Below the pieces are notes generated by a model. The model ran no database searches, was not told the origin of the DNA, and worked only from the letters and a program-made list of their open reading frames with translations. A stretch of DNA of 64,000 nt. Origin: Calcarisporiella thermophila CBS 279.70. Taxonomy: Eukaryota > Fungi > Calcarisporiellomycota. The stretch covers positions 536,150 through 600,149 of the forward strand of contig NW_027192195.1 of the NCBI RefSeq assembly GCF_041956535.1, written 5' to 3'. A program made the position numbers and the translations under genes. Of this stretch, positions 62,021-64,000 are shown piece by piece; position 1 is the stretch's first letter, and the number at the start of each line of letters is the position of its first letter.

Positions 62021-63194
62021 ATGGACACGAATCCTCCAACAAGATACGCCAGTTCCTTTTCCTATGTTAGCGCCGCTAGCCACTTGGACCGCCATTATTC
62101 TTCAACTATCACCAGATGCCCACCCGATGTTGAGCCTCCTACAAAATCATGTCCATTTCAATCCTTGCCACCAATTTCCGCAAACGCTAGCTCAGATTCC
62201 ATTGATACCATGCTTCCACCTTCACCAGCTCATTCTCCTCAATTCGGTGGCACCCAACTCTATACACCTTCGTTTACTGCCCGAGCTCATCGTCCCCATT
62301 TGATGCAATACGACACTTTGCCCTTTGAGTACCCACCCGCTATCCCTGTGCTTCTTCGACACCCCGAGCCCTCCTCCAACAAAAATATAGGCTCTCCAAT
62401 TATTCCACATGAAGTTACAAGAATTGACAATAAGCCTGGCTCTGGATCCAACCACGTATCTGGAAAGGCTCACTCTATGAGTTCAGTTCAGTCAAAACAA
62501 GTGGGGCAAGTGCGGCGAAGGAGGAGACCACCGTACTCATATTGCAGCCTTATTGCCCAAGCAATACTCCAGTCTCCTAACCAGCAATTGACACTACGTG
62601 AAGTGTATGAATTCGTGAGCAATAAGTATCCAGCGCTTTACGATGCCAAGGATTCTGGATGGCAGGTAGGTTCTTCTCGTCTGTTCGATGCACTCCCATC
62701 TGTTTGCTCACCCATCTTTTGCTTCTATTTGGTTAAAGAACACCATCCGTCACAACCTCTCTCTCAACAAGTGCTTCAAGAAAGTCCCACGAAGTTTTGA
62801 AGCTTCCTCAGGGAGAGATCGACAAGGGAAGGGCTGCTACTGGACTATTGACCCCCAATACTTCCACTTGCTCACCAAAAATATAGCTTCTGTCTCGCAT
62901 AACCCGGAGCTCTCTGCAGTCATCTCTCAGAAATTCATGAGCTTAAGCCACCCCAAACCCACCTCGCCTTATTCCTGTGATCAGATCCGTATGCCTACCC
63001 CTATCTCCACGACTTCTTCTGCTTCGCTAACTGACCCTCATCGGCTACCTGCATTAAGCCTCCCGCCTGTGTCAAGTCTTACCAAAGGAAGCCAAGATAA
63101 CAATGCCCTCCAATGGGTATACCCAAACAATGTATCTAGAAGTAATGAGGACCAACGACAGTTAAATGCAATTCATTCTCAAATGAGATTGTAA
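62021..63194 (+). CDS. Forkhead-box transcription factor
   Basis: [25 protein letters not shown]...YP....GWQ | [18 protein letters not shown]...GKGCYWTID, with an intron inside the domain. Confidence 0.92.
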
Positions 63195-64000
63195 TATATG
63201 GGCTGAGCTCGCATGCGTATAAACATTCTATTGTCTAGACCATTCCTGTATATATCTTTTTGATTTACCTTTCATTCCTTTGATTTTTTGTTCGATATTT
63301 ATTTTTTCTTGCACGCTTAACGATAATAATATTAGCTGCTATTCATTACGATAGATACTTTTATTTTGACAGCTATTGTAATGGTTTTCTCTCGTTCTCA
63401 AACATTTTTCCTATAGCTTACCTTTTTTTTTGCTCTTCAATACACAAAATGCTGAACTTTTAATGGTCCCTTGCTGTCTTGACCCCAGCGAATAGCGATT
63501 CGAGTGTGTTGTAGAAATGGAAAATGCGGGAGCGTGCTACAGGCCGCAATTGATCCAAAAAAAAAGAGGTTATCTTAGATTACGAATATTCTGATGAACC
63601 CAGCGAACCATTCATTTTCTGTACCTCTTAATTTAACTATATTTTTTCTAGACTGCTGAACAATTTTAGCCATTACGAATTTATTATGTTTTTTGCGTAC
63701 ATAATAGACGAGCTTTGCCCTCCCGCTTTCTGCTAAAAGATTAGATGGAGGGAGAAGGGATAGCATGAGAAAATAATAAAATGAAAATCATTTTTCTTGA
63801 ACCATGAAAAGGCCTAGTGTTCAATTAAAAGATGTCATCATCTTGAATATCCCATTTCCCTGGCCCTTGCCCGGTTGATTTTTCCCTACCACGCCGTTCC
63901 CGTTCTCGCCAGTACTCCCCCGTAAACTCCCAAAATTCTTCGCCGGTATCCTGGTCTATATTCTTTTGGAACCACTGAGGTGTATGCGGCGGAATGCTTG

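Noticed and set aside
1-64000. CRISPR arrays, rRNA, intact transposases or retroelements
   Set aside because: No spaced direct repeats, rRNA-like sequence, or RT/integrase/DDE motifs were seen; the DNA is eukaryotic.

Overview
Gene-dense, intron-containing eukaryotic DNA from a fungus. Short GT-AG introns with CTAAC-like branch points, Chs7, an Rrm4 orthologue and an AZUL-HECT ligase point to an early-diverging (non-ascomycete) lineage, but the organism cannot be named from sequence alone. About 30 protein-coding genes are supported, mostly housekeeping: DUF2439/ZGRF1-like, carnitine carrier, ATG1, PIH1, POP1, Pcl cyclin, OMS1-like methyltransferase, Rrm4, eL42, Sec14, CWC22, HECT E3, GPI wall protein, SPT6, GSKIP, SGF73, CHS7, Angel/Ngl and a forkhead factor. 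Two small spliced genes missing from the ORF track were recovered by hand. Two things stand out. (1) A single 3-exon, ~1395-aa gene (15534-19874, minus) fuses a soluble FAD fumarate reductase, a cytochrome b5 domain and a complete acyl-CoA oxidase-family enzyme ending in a PTS1-like -AKI. It is a candidate self-contained peroxisomal acyl-CoA:fumarate oxidoreductase for O2-independent beta-oxidation. (2) An AT-rich island (~25.6-38.3 kb) holds intronless, TATA-driven secreted precursors with Kex2 dibasic sites; three share a homologous signal peptide but carry divergent cargo. No rRNA, convincing tRNA, CRISPR array or intact transposon was seen. Gene coordinates span first to last coding base including introns, and the exon joins were read by eye.
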